A DNA stretch of 63,913 nucleotides, counting the filler, from Octopus bimaculoides (Eukaryota), in assembly GCF_001194135.2 (NCBI RefSeq). It is 7 parts of 7 records of this genome, joined end to end, with 100 filler letters (N's around TTAATTAATTAA, not from the genome) between each part and the next. Parts side by side here need not be neighbours in the genome. Positions count along the whole stretch, not along the records: positions 9,579 to 33,860 come from NC_069000.1; positions 33,961 to 37,170 come from NC_068984.1; 5 more parts are not named here. One strand, written 5' to 3'. Positions 24,026-36,019 of this stretch are shown here, in pieces (the stretch's first letter is position 1; each line of letters opens with the position of its first letter). Both the position numbers and the translations under genes were made by a program. The notes beneath the pieces are model-generated. The model saw only the letters and a program-made list of their open reading frames with translations, had not been told where the DNA came from and searched no databases.

Positions 24026-24869
24026 TTTGCAGGGTAATTCATAAGTCCCTTTAGTATTTTAATGTTCTATTTCATTTGAATGCTAAAGTCACTTCTGAGT
24101 CATAGGAAAATTGAAACTGCAAGATATAGTAATAGTAATTAATTTGTTGGTTGTCATTTATCTTCAAGTTAACCCTAATCAAGGTTGTTGTTTTGTTGTT
24201 ATTGCTGTTGTTTAACCCATGCTAAACATCAGGTTGTTGTTATTACTATTGGTGTTTAGCTGCAGATCAAACTCTGATCAATGTTTTGTTGTTGCTGCAT
24301 GTCTCAATGAACAACACTCAATTTAGTGCTGTTCAATGATATTGCCGTCACGACCAGTTCATATATTTATCTATCCATGACTAAATTCTCAGATGTGTCA
24401 TTTCTTGCTTTATGAGAACAAAAGAAGTAGTTGAGAGGTTTTTACTTGTCTTCAGCAAGCTGAGCGACACAATAGGGCTCTCCTTCGATAACTTGCTAAC
24501 TACCATTGATTCGTTTCTCTATCCCTCCGCCACCTCCAATATTAAAGGAACAGAACGACCATTGTGAAGTGGATCGATGTCTTCAGGAGACACGTTTTGC
24601 ATTTCAGAAATATGCAGTTTTGATGAGGAAGGATTGGTAGAGTGATTAGAGCAGGATCTGGGTAGTGAAGAGTGGAGAAGGAAAGTATACAGCTAGTTAA
24701 TCCAGAAGAGAAAAGGCTGTTTTAGTAGCGATGCAAGAGTTTGAGAGAAGAAACAGCTTCTGGGGGACAAAAGTTATAACGTATTGTTGAATTGAATATC
24801 TGCCCCTCAGCCAAAATTATTGTTTTAGATGTGGCCAAGGAAATTTTGTGCGTGTGCAAGAGTGATTGC

Positions 24870-24915
<46 letters not shown>

Positions 24916-24963
24916 TAGTAGTAGTAGTAGTAGTAGTNNNNNNNNNNGTGTGTGTGTGTGTGT

Positions 24964-25007
<44 letters not shown>

Positions 25008-25142
25008 GGTGGTGGTGGTAGTGGCTATGGTGGTGGTAGTAGTGGTGGTGGTAGTGGTGGTGGTAGTAACAGAAGCAGCAGCAGTAGTAGTACTAGCAAC
25101 AGCAGCTGCAGTAGTAGAAGTAATAGCATTATTATTATTATT

Positions 25143-26105
25143 GTTCAGTAGTCTTATTTTTATAACGTGCTTTCACTTCACTACCGAGCGCAGCTCTGTG
25201 TGCCTTGGGTATGTGCTGTGGTTTGCTGTGATGCTCTTATGGTTACTGTATTGAAAGTGTTTTGCGTAGGATGTGTGCAGTGCTCAGTAGTGCAATTTTT
25301 TGTATGTTATATATATTTGTAAGTCCTGGTGTTTTTGTTATGTATTTGTCTGAATATTTTTTTAATTATACCTAAGGCACCTACTATGATAGGAATTGTT
25401 TCTGTTTTTAGATTCCACATTCGAGTTACCTCTATTTCCAGGTCTTTGTATTTTGAAAGTTTTTCCATTCCTTTTAGAGAAACGTTGTCGTCTGCCAGTA
25501 TTGATACATCAANNNNNNNNNNNNNNNNNNNNNNNNNNNNNNNNNNNNNNNNNNNNNNNNNNNNNNNNNNNNNNNNNNNNNNNNNNNNNNNNNNNNNNNN
25601 NNNNNNNNNNNNNNNNNNNNNNNNNNNNNNNNNNNNNNNNNNNNNNNNNNNNNNNNNNNNNNNNNNNNNNNNNNNNNNNNNNNNNNNNNNNNNNNNNNNN
25701 NNNNNNNNNNNNNNNNNNNNNNNNNNNNNNNNNNNNNNNNNNNNNNNNNNNNNNNNNNNNNNNNNNNNNNNNNNNNNNNNNNNNNNNNNNNNNNNNNNNN
25801 NNNNNNNNNNNNNNNNNNNNNNNNNNNNNNNNNNNNNNNNNNNNNNNNNNNNNNNNNNNNNNNNNNNNNNNNNNNNNNNNNNNNNNNNNNNNNNNNNNNN
25901 NNNNNNNNNNNNNNNNNNNNNNNNNNNNNNNNNNNNNNNNNNNNNNNNNNNNNNNNNNNNNNNNNNNNNNNNNNNNNNNNNAACCATTGCTGGGATTTTT
26001 CTCTGTCTATTTCTTTTGTATTTAGTTTAGCCCAGTATTTACCATGTAGGGGCTTTTCTTGCCATCGTTTTATCATGGTCCGTTGCTGTTCTAGTTTTAG
26101 TTTGG
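25143..26105 (-). mobile_element. R4/Dong LINE subfamily B, 5'-truncated, gap inside
   Basis: MIKRWQEKPLHGKYWAKLN... and KLSKYKDLEIEVTRMWNLKTETIPIIVGALGIIKK. The 3' UTR matches 6276-6400. (ATT)n at both ends. Confidence 0.9.
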
Positions 26106-26218
<113 letters not shown>

Positions 26219-26879
26219 TATTATTATTATTATTAATACTAGTAGTAGTAGTAACAGCAATAGCAACAAAAATACCTCCCCGTAGATGAGCTGCTGCTGT
26301 TGTTGGTTTCCCTTCATCAACTGAGGCGCTATAATCAAAGATATCGCAGTCACTACCATCCTGTCTTCCTTTGCCCATACCTTCAAGAAGTCCAATACCA
26401 CATCCCAACGAGCCCTTTATTGCAACAGGATGTAGAGTATTACTTGTGGGACTTTTGGCTGCTTTGCTTGCAAGTCAATCGACTAGATTAGGGCTCCCTG
26501 GTTGTCTGTTACAGGAGTGAGTAATACTCTAAAGAGGTTCACATTTGAGCGTTTTAGAATTTCAACTACTGATCCTCGGTTGACGAGGAAAGTTGGCCTT
26601 TTGACTGCAATTTCTTTAATGATATTACATGTGCAAAACGCACATCACCAGAGATTGTGAGTTAGCGGCTCTGACAGTTATATTACGTTAGTTCAATAAA
26701 GCAGATCATTAGAGACAACGATTTTGACAACTATGATATACTAGACCAAGAAGGTAGATCATCAAAGATTGTGAGATTCAGAGGTTTTGACGATTCTAAA
26801 ATGTTTTATGAGCAAGACAGATCTCCAGAGAGTGCGAGAACTAGCGACTTTGAAGGTTCTAATATATTCTTTTACTTTT

Positions 26880-27090
26880 GTTATTTGTTTCAATTAATGT
26901 GTTAGGTCTATACTGTGTCACCACCTTAAAGGGCTTAATCCAGTAAATCTATCCCAGTAAACATTTTAAGTCTGGTACTCATTTTGTCGGTGTCTTATCT
27001 GAAACCTCCAAGCAGCTACAGTGACGTAAACAGGCCGATACCGGTTGTCAAACAATGAGAGGCAAACACAAACACAAACACAAATCCGCA
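26880..27090 (-). mobile_element. SINE family A tail, decayed
   Basis: GTCACCACCTTAAAGGGC...AAGTCTGGTACT...GACGTAAACAGGCCGATACCGGTTGTCAAAC. Confidence 0.6.
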
Positions 27091-27125
27091 CATGCAAATA
27101 CGCGCCTGCGCGCATGCATGCACAC

Positions 27126-27425
27126 ATTTGGTAGACGGAAACTGAAAGAAGACCGTCGTATATATATGTGTGTGTATGTGTGTGCGTGTGTGTGTTTGTC
27201 TCTGTATTTGTTCCTTACCACTGCTTGACAACCGGCATTGGCTTGTTTACGCCCCCGTAACTTAGCGGTTCGGCAAGCAAAAACACTGGTTGAATAAGTA
27301 CCAGGCTTAAAAAAAAGGAATGAAGTACTAGGATCGATTCATTTGACTAAAAGCTCTCCAAGACGGTGCCCCGGCATGACCTCAGTCTAATGACTGAAAC
27401 GTAAAAAGGTAAAAGATAAAAGAAG
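27126..27425 (+). mobile_element. SINE family A (5'-truncated), plus strand
   Basis: ATTTGGTAGACGGAAACTGAAAGAAGACCGTCG, then (TA/TG)n, then GCTTGACAACCGG...CCCCGTAACTTAGCGGTTCGGCAA...GGTGCCCCGGCATGACCTCAGTCTAATGACTGAAAC. Confidence 0.85.
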
Positions 27426-28137
27426 TGTCTTAGTTGAAGAGTAAAGGTTAGGAGGTTTCTGAAAGGTTTGTAGCGATTCTGTGGACAAACAGTAAGAAGT
27501 CTGCTGCGATTTGTGAGTTAGGAGGTTCTTCACTTTGCAAAGGGACTCTCTCGAAAAGGTAGCGGCGGAAGCAACAGCAGGAGCAGTAGCAGTACCACCA
27601 AACTACCACTAGCGCCAATGTTATCAGTAACATCTCAATCACTATCACCACCGCCACCACCACCCGCACAACCATCACCACCACCACCCGCACAACCATC
27701 AACACCACCATTATATTCACCATTATCACCAGCACCAGGACTACCCCAGTACCACCACCACCACCACCACCACCANNNNNNNNNNCTGCTACCACCACCA
27801 CCACCACCACCACCAAGAAGAAGAAGAAGAAGAAGAAGAAGAAGATGAAGAAGAAGAAGAAGAACAACAACAACAATAACAACATCAATAAAAACAACAA
27901 CGACAACAACAATAACAGCATCAGCATCAGTAGTAGCAGCTGCAGCAACAGTAATGATAGTAAAACAGCAGTCACCAAGAGTCACATCAGTAACATGACA
28001 AACGAGCCGTCTTCACCGCTGATGTTTATCATTTAGCTACAATTACGAGCTAACATACTCACTAACGGCATAAATATGTAAATGTTGTCATTTATGCTAG
28101 GATTGTAGCAACTGGGGTAGATATAATAATAATAATG

Positions 28138-28190
<53 letters not shown>

Positions 28191-28191
<1 letters not shown>

Positions 28192-28446
28192 GAATCTGAA
28201 GACGAAAACAATACCTATTGTCATAGGTGCCCTGGGAATGACAGCGAAACAGGCTGATTACTACCTAGCTCAGATACCAGGAAACCCCAAAATGGCTGAA
28301 GTTCAAAAGATAGTGCTCATGGGAACTGCCCATATCCTACGTAAAATACTGTCTATGTGATCTCAAATTTTAAAACAAACACATAATTTTCTTATGGTGT
28401 CTTAAACATTCACTAGAACAAAACTGTACAAATCCAAATATATGGT
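28191..28446 (+). mobile_element. R4/Dong LINE subfamily A 3' fragment
   Basis: NLKTKTIPIVIGALGMTAKQADYYLAQIPGNPKMAEVQKIVLMGTAHILRKILSM* (TGA 28358). The UTR is the same type as 3020-3100. It starts right after (AAT)n and runs into a gap. Confidence 0.9.
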
Positions 28447-29255
28447 NNNNNNNNNNNNNNNNNNNNNNNNNNNNNNNNNNNNNNNNNNNNNNNNNNNNNN
28501 NNNNNNNNNNNNNNNNNNNNNNNNNNNNNNNNNNNNNNNNNNNNNNNNNNNNNNNNNNNNNNNNNNNNNNNNNNNNNNNNNNNNNNNNNNNNNNNNNNNN
28601 NNNNNNNNNNNNNNNNNNNNNNNNNNNNNNNNNNNNNNNNNNNNNNNNNNNNNNNNNNNNNNNNNNNNNNNNNNNNNNNNNNNNNNNNNNNNNNNNNNNN
28701 NNNNNNNNNNNNNNNNNNNNNNNNNNNNNNNNNNNNNNNNNNNNNNNNNNNNNNNNNNNNNNNNNNNNNNNNNNNNNNNNNNNNNNNNNNNNNNNNNNNN
28801 NNNNNNNNNNNNNNNNNNNNNNNNNNNNNNNNNNNNNNNNNNNNNNNNNNNNNNNNNNNNNNNNNNNNNNNNNNNNNNNNNNNNNNNNNNNNNNNNNNNN
28901 NNNNNNNNNNNNNNNNNNNNNNNNNNNNNNNNNNNNNNNNNNNNNNNNNNNNNNNNNNNNNNNNNNNNNNNNNNNNNNNNNNNNNNNNNNNNNNNNNNNN
29001 NNNNNNNNNNNNNNNNNNNNNNNNNNNNNNNNNNNNNNNNNNNNNNNNNNNNNNNNNNNNNNNNNNNNNNNNNNNNNNNNNNNNNNNNNNNNNNNNNNNN
29101 NNNNNNNNNNNNNNNNNNNNNNNNNNNNNNNNNNNNNNNNNNNNNNNNNNNNNNNNNNNNNNNNNNNNNNNNNNNNNNNNNNNNNNNNNNNNNNNNNNNN
29201 NNNNNNNNNNNNNNNNNNNNNNNNNNNNNNNNNTAATAATAATAATAATAATAAT

Positions 29256-29468
29256 CATAAATGCCCGGATGCAGTACCAGGCAGTGGCTCTCATGGCTTC
29301 TGATCTTAATTGATTGGAAGTGTTATCATGTACATTGTTTTGTTTTGGTATAAAAAGATGGGCTACAGCAATTATTCTGCTTAATACCACAGATTTGCTT
29401 GTCAGTTGTTTGACCTTAACCAGTTGAGCATGTCTCTTGGTGGCTGACGATATGTGCATCTCTGATCA
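29256..29468 (+). mobile_element. Non-coding element X, portion
   Basis: Follows (AAT)n at 29234-29255; homologous to 7160-7290 in reverse complement. Confidence 0.7.
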
Positions 29469-30290
29469 TGAGAAACAACCAACGATTGGATGCTGAAACT
29501 TGTTGAAAAACATGAAAGACTGCAAAAACTTCATTCTATTCTGAAAGAGAGCAAAAAATTCGCTACTGATCTCTTAGACACCTATCAGATTGATCAGGTT
29601 GAAGGAAATGCGCCAACTACTGCTGCAAAGAGAATAGAATTAATTGCAAAGACAAAAGCACATGAAAAATTAGATGGGAACAGAAACCTCTGCATGGCAA
29701 GTATGTGGCTCGTAGCAAACAAGCTGATGTTGACCAGAAACACATGCATCAATGGTTACGAAGCTCAGGGCTAAAAGCAGAGAGTGAAGGTTTCATATTG
29801 GCTGCTCAAGACCAAAGCTTATTAACCCGGAACTACCAAGTTAATGTGATAAAAAAAATGGAGCTGACCCAAAATGCCGATTCTGTAACGATGCGATTAA
29901 AATATAGACCACATAATCTCAGGGTCTTAGAACCTGTAGGGTCTTAGCACCTGTAGGGTCTTAGCACCTGTAGGGTCTTAGCACCTGTAGAATATAAAGC
30001 AAGACATGACAGAGTCGGTCAGTATTTACACTGGACAATATGTTGACATTATAAAATCAAAACCTCTGACAAATGGTATAAACACCATCCTGAAGCTGTG
30101 ACTGAGGGAGAAAATGTATCGATAAGCTAATAAAGCGGATATTATTATAAAAGATCAGACAAAAAAAATGTGTTTATTAATTGACATGAGTATTCCTTGC
30201 AATCACAATTTAGCGGCGAAAGAATTTGATAAGATCAGTAAATATAAAGACTTGCCAATAGAAATTGAAAAAATGTGGCATCTCAAGGCT
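29469..30290 (+). mobile_element. R4/Dong LINE subfamily C internal fragment
   Basis: Reverse-complement homolog of about 5020-5810: MLKLVEKHERLQKLHSILKESKKF, HQWLRSSGLKAESEGFILAAQDQSLLTRNYQ, KYKDLPIEIEKMWHLK. Has an internal deletion near 30120 and lacks its 3' end. Confidence 0.9.
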
Positions 30291-32090
30291 AAAATTCATC
30301 TTGTAGAATAACTACTTTGTCATCAAAGACAACTTCTATCGACAAATCGGGGACTGCGATGGGTACGAAAATGGACCCCTCTTTGCTAGCCTAGTCATGG
30401 GATATCTAGAAATCAGTCTTTATCGTAAGGTACTAGAAAAATACGGCAACTCATTCTCCTTCTACATAGAAAATAACTGGAAGAGGTATCTGGATGACTG
30501 TTTCATTCTTTGGCATGAAAGTATAGAGAGACTTAAAGAATTTCAAGCACTTATAAATGAACTTGATATAAACATTCAATTTACGATGGAATATAGCCAT
30601 TAACAACTTCCATTCTTCGACATCTTCATTAAGAAATTCAACAACATAAAATAGAAGCAGATATGTGCTATAAGCCCACGGACCCCAATCAATATCTACC
30701 ATTCAACTCATGCCACCCTAGACAAAGGATTTGTTCTATAGTTTCTAATACAAGCACCAAGGACACATGACTACATGAACTAAAGGATATACTCATTACC
30801 AGGAACTACCCACCATCACTAATTGATATAGGCTTTCAACGTGCCTTACAACTCAACACCCACGAACTCAGAAATCCCAAACTAAAGAAGGATTTACAAC
30901 AAAAAGCCCCACCATACATCTCCACACACAACCCCCTTAGCAATGAAGCCTTCGACACCATCCTCTAGAACATTCCCCTACTAAAAAGGGACCATAGAAT
31001 GAATTTAATCCTCCAAACGAACACCATCATAAAGAGCAAAAGACAATCCAAATCTATGAAAAGTCTCCTAACACAGGCCCAAGTACATTCGATATCAATA
31101 CTGAAGCCGTCAGTAAAAAAATGTGCAAGACCTAACTGTGGTATATACATCAACCTAATTGAGAGATCGGAGTCCTCTTTCAAACAGGGTCAGCGTTTAA
31201 CATTGAAAAACAACTTCACATGTGCTTCGGAAAACCAAATATATGTATTAACTTGCTCAAGGTGTCGAGAGAAATAAGTCTATGTCAAAGGATGGCTCTA
31301 CATAGATCCCATATCAAATTTCGAGAATACAGAAAAATAGCATTCATCGACATTTGAACCATTAACGAACAACCCAGCTTCAGAATTTTTTCCTTCAATA
31401 AATTCAGGGACGATACAACTAGTAGTCAGCGCATTAGCAAAGAGTCATATTTCATCACAAAATATTACCCCCTTTTGAATGAGTCCACCTTAAATGACAG
31501 TATTACAAGGGCCTTAGAATAATACCCATGCAAATATTATAAATGATATATTCAGAACAGTCACTACCCATGAATTTATTCAGAACAACTCCAATCACTA
31601 CTATTACAACCACAACAGGTCACTTTTAGATTACTTGACCATTTAAGAGGATTCTACCAACATCCTACTACTGTCATACCACTTCCGTATTCTTCTTCTT
31701 CTTCTTCTTCTTCTTCTTCTTCTTCTTCTTCTTCTTCTTCTTCTTCTTCTTCTTCTTCTTCTTCTTCTTCTTCTTCTTCTTCTTCTTCTTCTTCTTCTTC
31801 ATCGCCTCCTTCCTCAGCTACTACTACTTAAACAATCAAAACCAAAATCTCATCTATTATTCTTTTAGGACTGCTACTACCTACTACCAAGCCTTCACAA
31901 GAGTAAAAAAGAGAGACAAACAGACAGAAAAAAGGAAAATGTCTCTTATATTTGAAAACTATGGAAATATCTAAAAGAAAAAAGCATTTCATTTAATTAT
32001 TCCACAATTTAATTGTTTTTCATGTTTACTCCAAGTTGAAAAAGTCGCAAAGACTGAAACCGGTACTAAAATGTTCTTCATGATAAAATT
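30291..32090 (+). mobile_element. Penelope-like element, Neptune-like, 5'-truncated and decayed
   Basis: NNYFVIKDNFYRQI/GTAMGTKM/FASLVMGYLE...WKRYLDDCFILW...NIQFTMEY..LPF.DI..YKPTDPNQYL.FNSCHP; then KCARPNCG (Cys linker) and NFTCASENQIYVLTCSRCREK (GIY-YIG). The 3' region contains (TTC)n and a decayed hammerhead near 32036-32067. The clade call is less certain than the PLE call. Confidence 0.8.
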
Positions 32091-32106
32091 ATTTTAGCAT
32101 TTTCTA

Positions 32107-32263
32107 CCATTTTCTACCCACTAACCTCGATGACCTTAAATATCGAATAACAACAACGATCAACTCAGTGGATCGTAATATGCTGATACGCGTCTGGGAA
32201 GAATTCTCTAATCGCATTGATGATGCCCGTGCTGCAGGTGGTGGCCACATTGAACATTTGTAA
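32107..32263 (+). pseudogene. IS630-Tc1-mariner transposase C-terminal fragment
   Basis: LDDLKYRITTTINSVDRNMLIRVWEEFSNRIDDARAAGGGHIEHL* carries the typical GGHxEH terminus. Confidence 0.7.
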
Positions 32264-32348
32264 GACAGGAAGTAAAAGTTGATTGCGAGTAAATTACTTG
32301 TGACTTAGCTGGAGTTTTCTATTGCTTTTCCTTATTAAAATATTGCGT

Positions 32349-32379
<31 letters not shown>

Positions 32380-32380
32380 T

Positions 32381-32419
<39 letters not shown>

Positions 32420-32511
32420 AAAATAAATAAAGACTGTAGGTGCAATGTTATACCTTAAAGGCTTAAAAGACGACTATAATTCTCCTTTAACACACACACA
32501 CACACACACAT

Positions 32512-33156
32512 ATATATAGTTTTAGAGAAAAGAACCAAAGTTCATGAACTCATTCATGAAAATCTGCAGTCATATATAGAAAAATTAATAAGTAAATTCA
32601 CGATAATTAAGTATAATATAATACAAAGTAAAAATCATAAGATAATGGTAATAAAACGACTACACGTGTTTCATAACCAAGTTTTCAAATAGAAAATAAA
32701 ATATATTTAAATCGATTAAATCGATCGAAAACCAATTCTATTAAAAATATAGCTAATATTCAGGTCAAAATACAACAATAATGATAATAAAAAGAACGTA
32801 TATATCAGCCAACAATAAATAATGGATGTATATAAAAATACTTATTATATTAAGATAGTAAAATGTTAAACAATATTATTAAAAATATCAAAAATTATAA
32901 ACGTACCATAATTAACTTTACGTTTATTATAATATAAACTAACAGAAATATAATATGCAAATCTTATCTTAACGAATCTTTCGTTTAAAATACAATTTAA
33001 ACGAAGTTTTAGGTTAAACTAAAATTATAAACGTAAAATATAAACTAACAAAAAATTAATTTATATAAATTAATATATAAAAGCAATTATATCACAATTA
33101 AATAAAGGAAAAAAATGAGTTCATGAACTTTGGTTCTTTTCTCTAAAACTATATAT
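32512..33156. mobile_element. 645-bp AT-rich element with 43-bp perfect terminal inverted repeats
   Basis: 32512-32554 ATATATAGTTTTAGAGAAAAGAACCAAAGTTCATGAACTCATT is the exact reverse complement of 33114-33156. Confidence 0.85.
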
Positions 33157-33704
33157 TTATATGTTTTATACTGTGAAACTTAATTTAATTTTAATTTTTG
33201 ATAAATTGAATTTAATTGAGTTTGGATTTTTATCCCTAATATTATTATTATATATATATATATCAAATTAAGCAACAACGATATACAGAGGTAATGCAGT
33301 ACGATCGTTTCATGCAACTCTATTTAATTGAACAATGTAATCATTACATCAATTTGAAACGCAGAGCAATCTTCAGCTGCACAAAGACATATAATCTAAT
33401 TAAATTAGAACAGACGGACACATTAGTATAATAATACCTAAAATCTCTCAGAGGTTAGGGAGACAGACAGAGAACATCTTGCTTCAGCCACACCATGGAA
33501 GCTAATAAATAAAATACCAAAGAAGTCTCTGCCTGTCACTGATTTTATTTGTTTTTTTTTAGTTTAGATTTATAGACTATCATATCAAACCTTGTATATA
33601 TAAAGCTTAAGAGAATAAAGGGCATTATCTGTTAGGGGTAGAGGTGAGAGAGCAGACAGAAATCATGGTTGGTATACTCTTTCTTTACTCTTTTACTCTT
33701 TTAC

Positions 33705-33860
33705 TCTTTTACTTGTTTCAGTCATTTGACTGCGGCCATGCTGGAGCACCGCTTTTAGTCAAGCAAATCGACCCCAGGACTTATTCTTTGTAAGCCTAGT
33801 ACTTATTCTATCGGTCTCTTTCGCCGAACCGCTAAATTACGGGGACGTAAACACACCAGC
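33705..33860 (-). mobile_element. SINE family A tail
   Basis: TTTTACTTGTTTCAGTCATTTGACTGCGGCCATGCTGGAGCACCGC...GAACCGCTAAATTACGGGGACGTAAACACACCAGC; runs into a gap. Confidence 0.85.
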
Positions 33861-34014
33861 NNNNNNNNNNNNNNNNNNNNNNNNNNNNNNNNNNNNNNNN
33901 NNNNTTAATTAATTAANNNNNNNNNNNNNNNNNNNNNNNNNNNNNNNNNNNNNNNNNNNNCACATATCTATATGTGTATGCGTAATATGTATGTATATAT
34001 GTAGTATTTATCTA

Positions 34015-34056
<42 letters not shown>

Positions 34057-34795
34057 AACATATATATGTGTGCATACATAAGATATATGTATGTGTGTAT
34101 GAAATTCACACGGGTATACATTTTTCTGCAAGTCAAAATATCAATCCATTTGTGATCCAATGAATAACTGAATACTCTGGCGGGAATTGGATACACATAA
34201 TATAATGGATATGCAATCCATGTGCGTACGTACGTACGTATGTATGTATGTATGTATGTATGTATATATGTATGTATGTATGTATGTATGTAGGTATGTA
34301 TGTGTGTGTATGTATGTATATGTATATATATGCATGTATGCATGTATGAATATATGTATACATACATACATACACACACATACATACCTACATACATACA
34401 TACATACATACATACATACATACATACGTACGTGCGTACGTACGTACGTACACATGCATTCATGTCTCTGAATGAAAAAGGAGCGAATGTGTGTGTGTGG
34501 ATGTGTGTATATATTTGTGGATGCGCCTGTGAGTGCGTTTGCGTTTTTATTTCCTTATTTCTCTTGAGTAAGTGATATGGGTATCTTTGTAGTAAGGTGA
34601 GTTAATGGGGTGTAGTGAGAGAAAATGCCAGAGAGAACGGGTAGAATAGGGTATTCTGTTTGTACAACGGTGGGGTTTAATGTGATATATATATATGTAT
34701 ATACACACGGACACACACGCATGCATACATACCCATGCACATACACATACACACACACACACACACATATAAATATAAATATATATTCGTATATA

Positions 34796-36019
34796 CACAG
34801 ATATGACAGAAGTAAATAGACACCCCATAAAACCTCGTTTTTATTTTTCTTCTAACTTTATGGGTTTATATTTTTTATTAATTGACATTTCTGTTTCAGG
34901 TTTTATACGCGACTGCTTAGTCATTCCATGTAGAAAAGAAGGCTTGGAACTCTCTGAATTCCAAAGAGGCCGTATTGTGTATCATTGTGAAGGTGGACAT
35001 AGTCAGCGTAACATCGTAGAAGACCTTGGGATCCCGCTTTCTACAGTTAATAGAGTGGGGAAGGAGTCAACATCACCCTGATCAACCAGGGCCCTCTGAC
35101 AGGATCCTTACCTTTACTAAGAGAAGTGTGGCGGATAATCCTCGTTGCAAGACCTCTGACATAGCAGAACATGTTGATGTCACTCAGCTGTTAGGTATCT
35201 CCACAAACTTGGTTACTATGGCAGAGCAGCAAGAAGGAAGCCATATCTTTGACCAGCCAACATCAATCAGAGAAAAGATTGGGCCAGTGAGATGCTGGAG
35301 AGGCCATTAGCATTTCGGGACACTGTCATATTCTCGGATGAGTCCAGACTTGCTGTATTTTCTGAGAGTGGTCGAGTGTGGGTCTGGAGACTCTGTGATC
35401 AAGAAATTGATGTGAAAAGATTGCAGCCGACAATGAGAAACACAACAGCTATTCTGTGATGGTCTGGGGAACAATTTGGAGCAATGGTCAATCAGAGCTG
35501 GTGGAGTGTGAGGGAAACATAAACTTAGACAAACATGTGTCCATATTGTAGAAAGGACTCCTTCCAAATCTTATCCAGTGGTAAAATGATTAAAGAAGAC
35601 TCTTTATTTATGGAAGATGGGGCTCCTTGCCATACGGCTAAAAGGAGCCAAGATTTGTTGGATGAGAATGGCATTAAAAAACTTCCATGGCCAAGACAGT
35701 CACCAGATATGAACCCTATTGAACACCTCTTGGACATAATGGACAAGACACTTCATAAAAAGAACAAGAAAGCATCTTCAAAGCCAGATTCATTGAGATT
35801 ACTGCATGAAAGTTGACGAGAAATTCTGCACAAGAATATTTATCATCTGATCAGTAACATGCATAATAGGGTCCTTGCATTGGAAAATGCAAAGGGCATG
35901 ACTACTAAATATTAAATATTCACATTATAACAATTGATAAATAATTTGAATGTATAATTTCAGATTTGAATAACTTCTAATGATTATAAGGGTGCCTATT
36001 AACTTCTGCCATTTCTGTG
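34796..36019 (+). mobile_element. Tc1 (DD34E) DNA transposon, both ends present, transposase decayed
   Basis: TA|CACAGATATGACAGAAGTAAATAGACACCC at the left and GGGTGCCTATTAACTTCTGCCATTTCTGTG|TA at the right (imperfect TIRs of about 30 bp). Coding motifs: [24 protein letters not shown]-34 aa-SPDMNPIEH. Frameshifted. Confidence 0.9.

Noticed and set aside
27448-27985. Poly-Pro/His/Arg/Asn ORFs
   Set aside because: Concatenated trinucleotide repeats.
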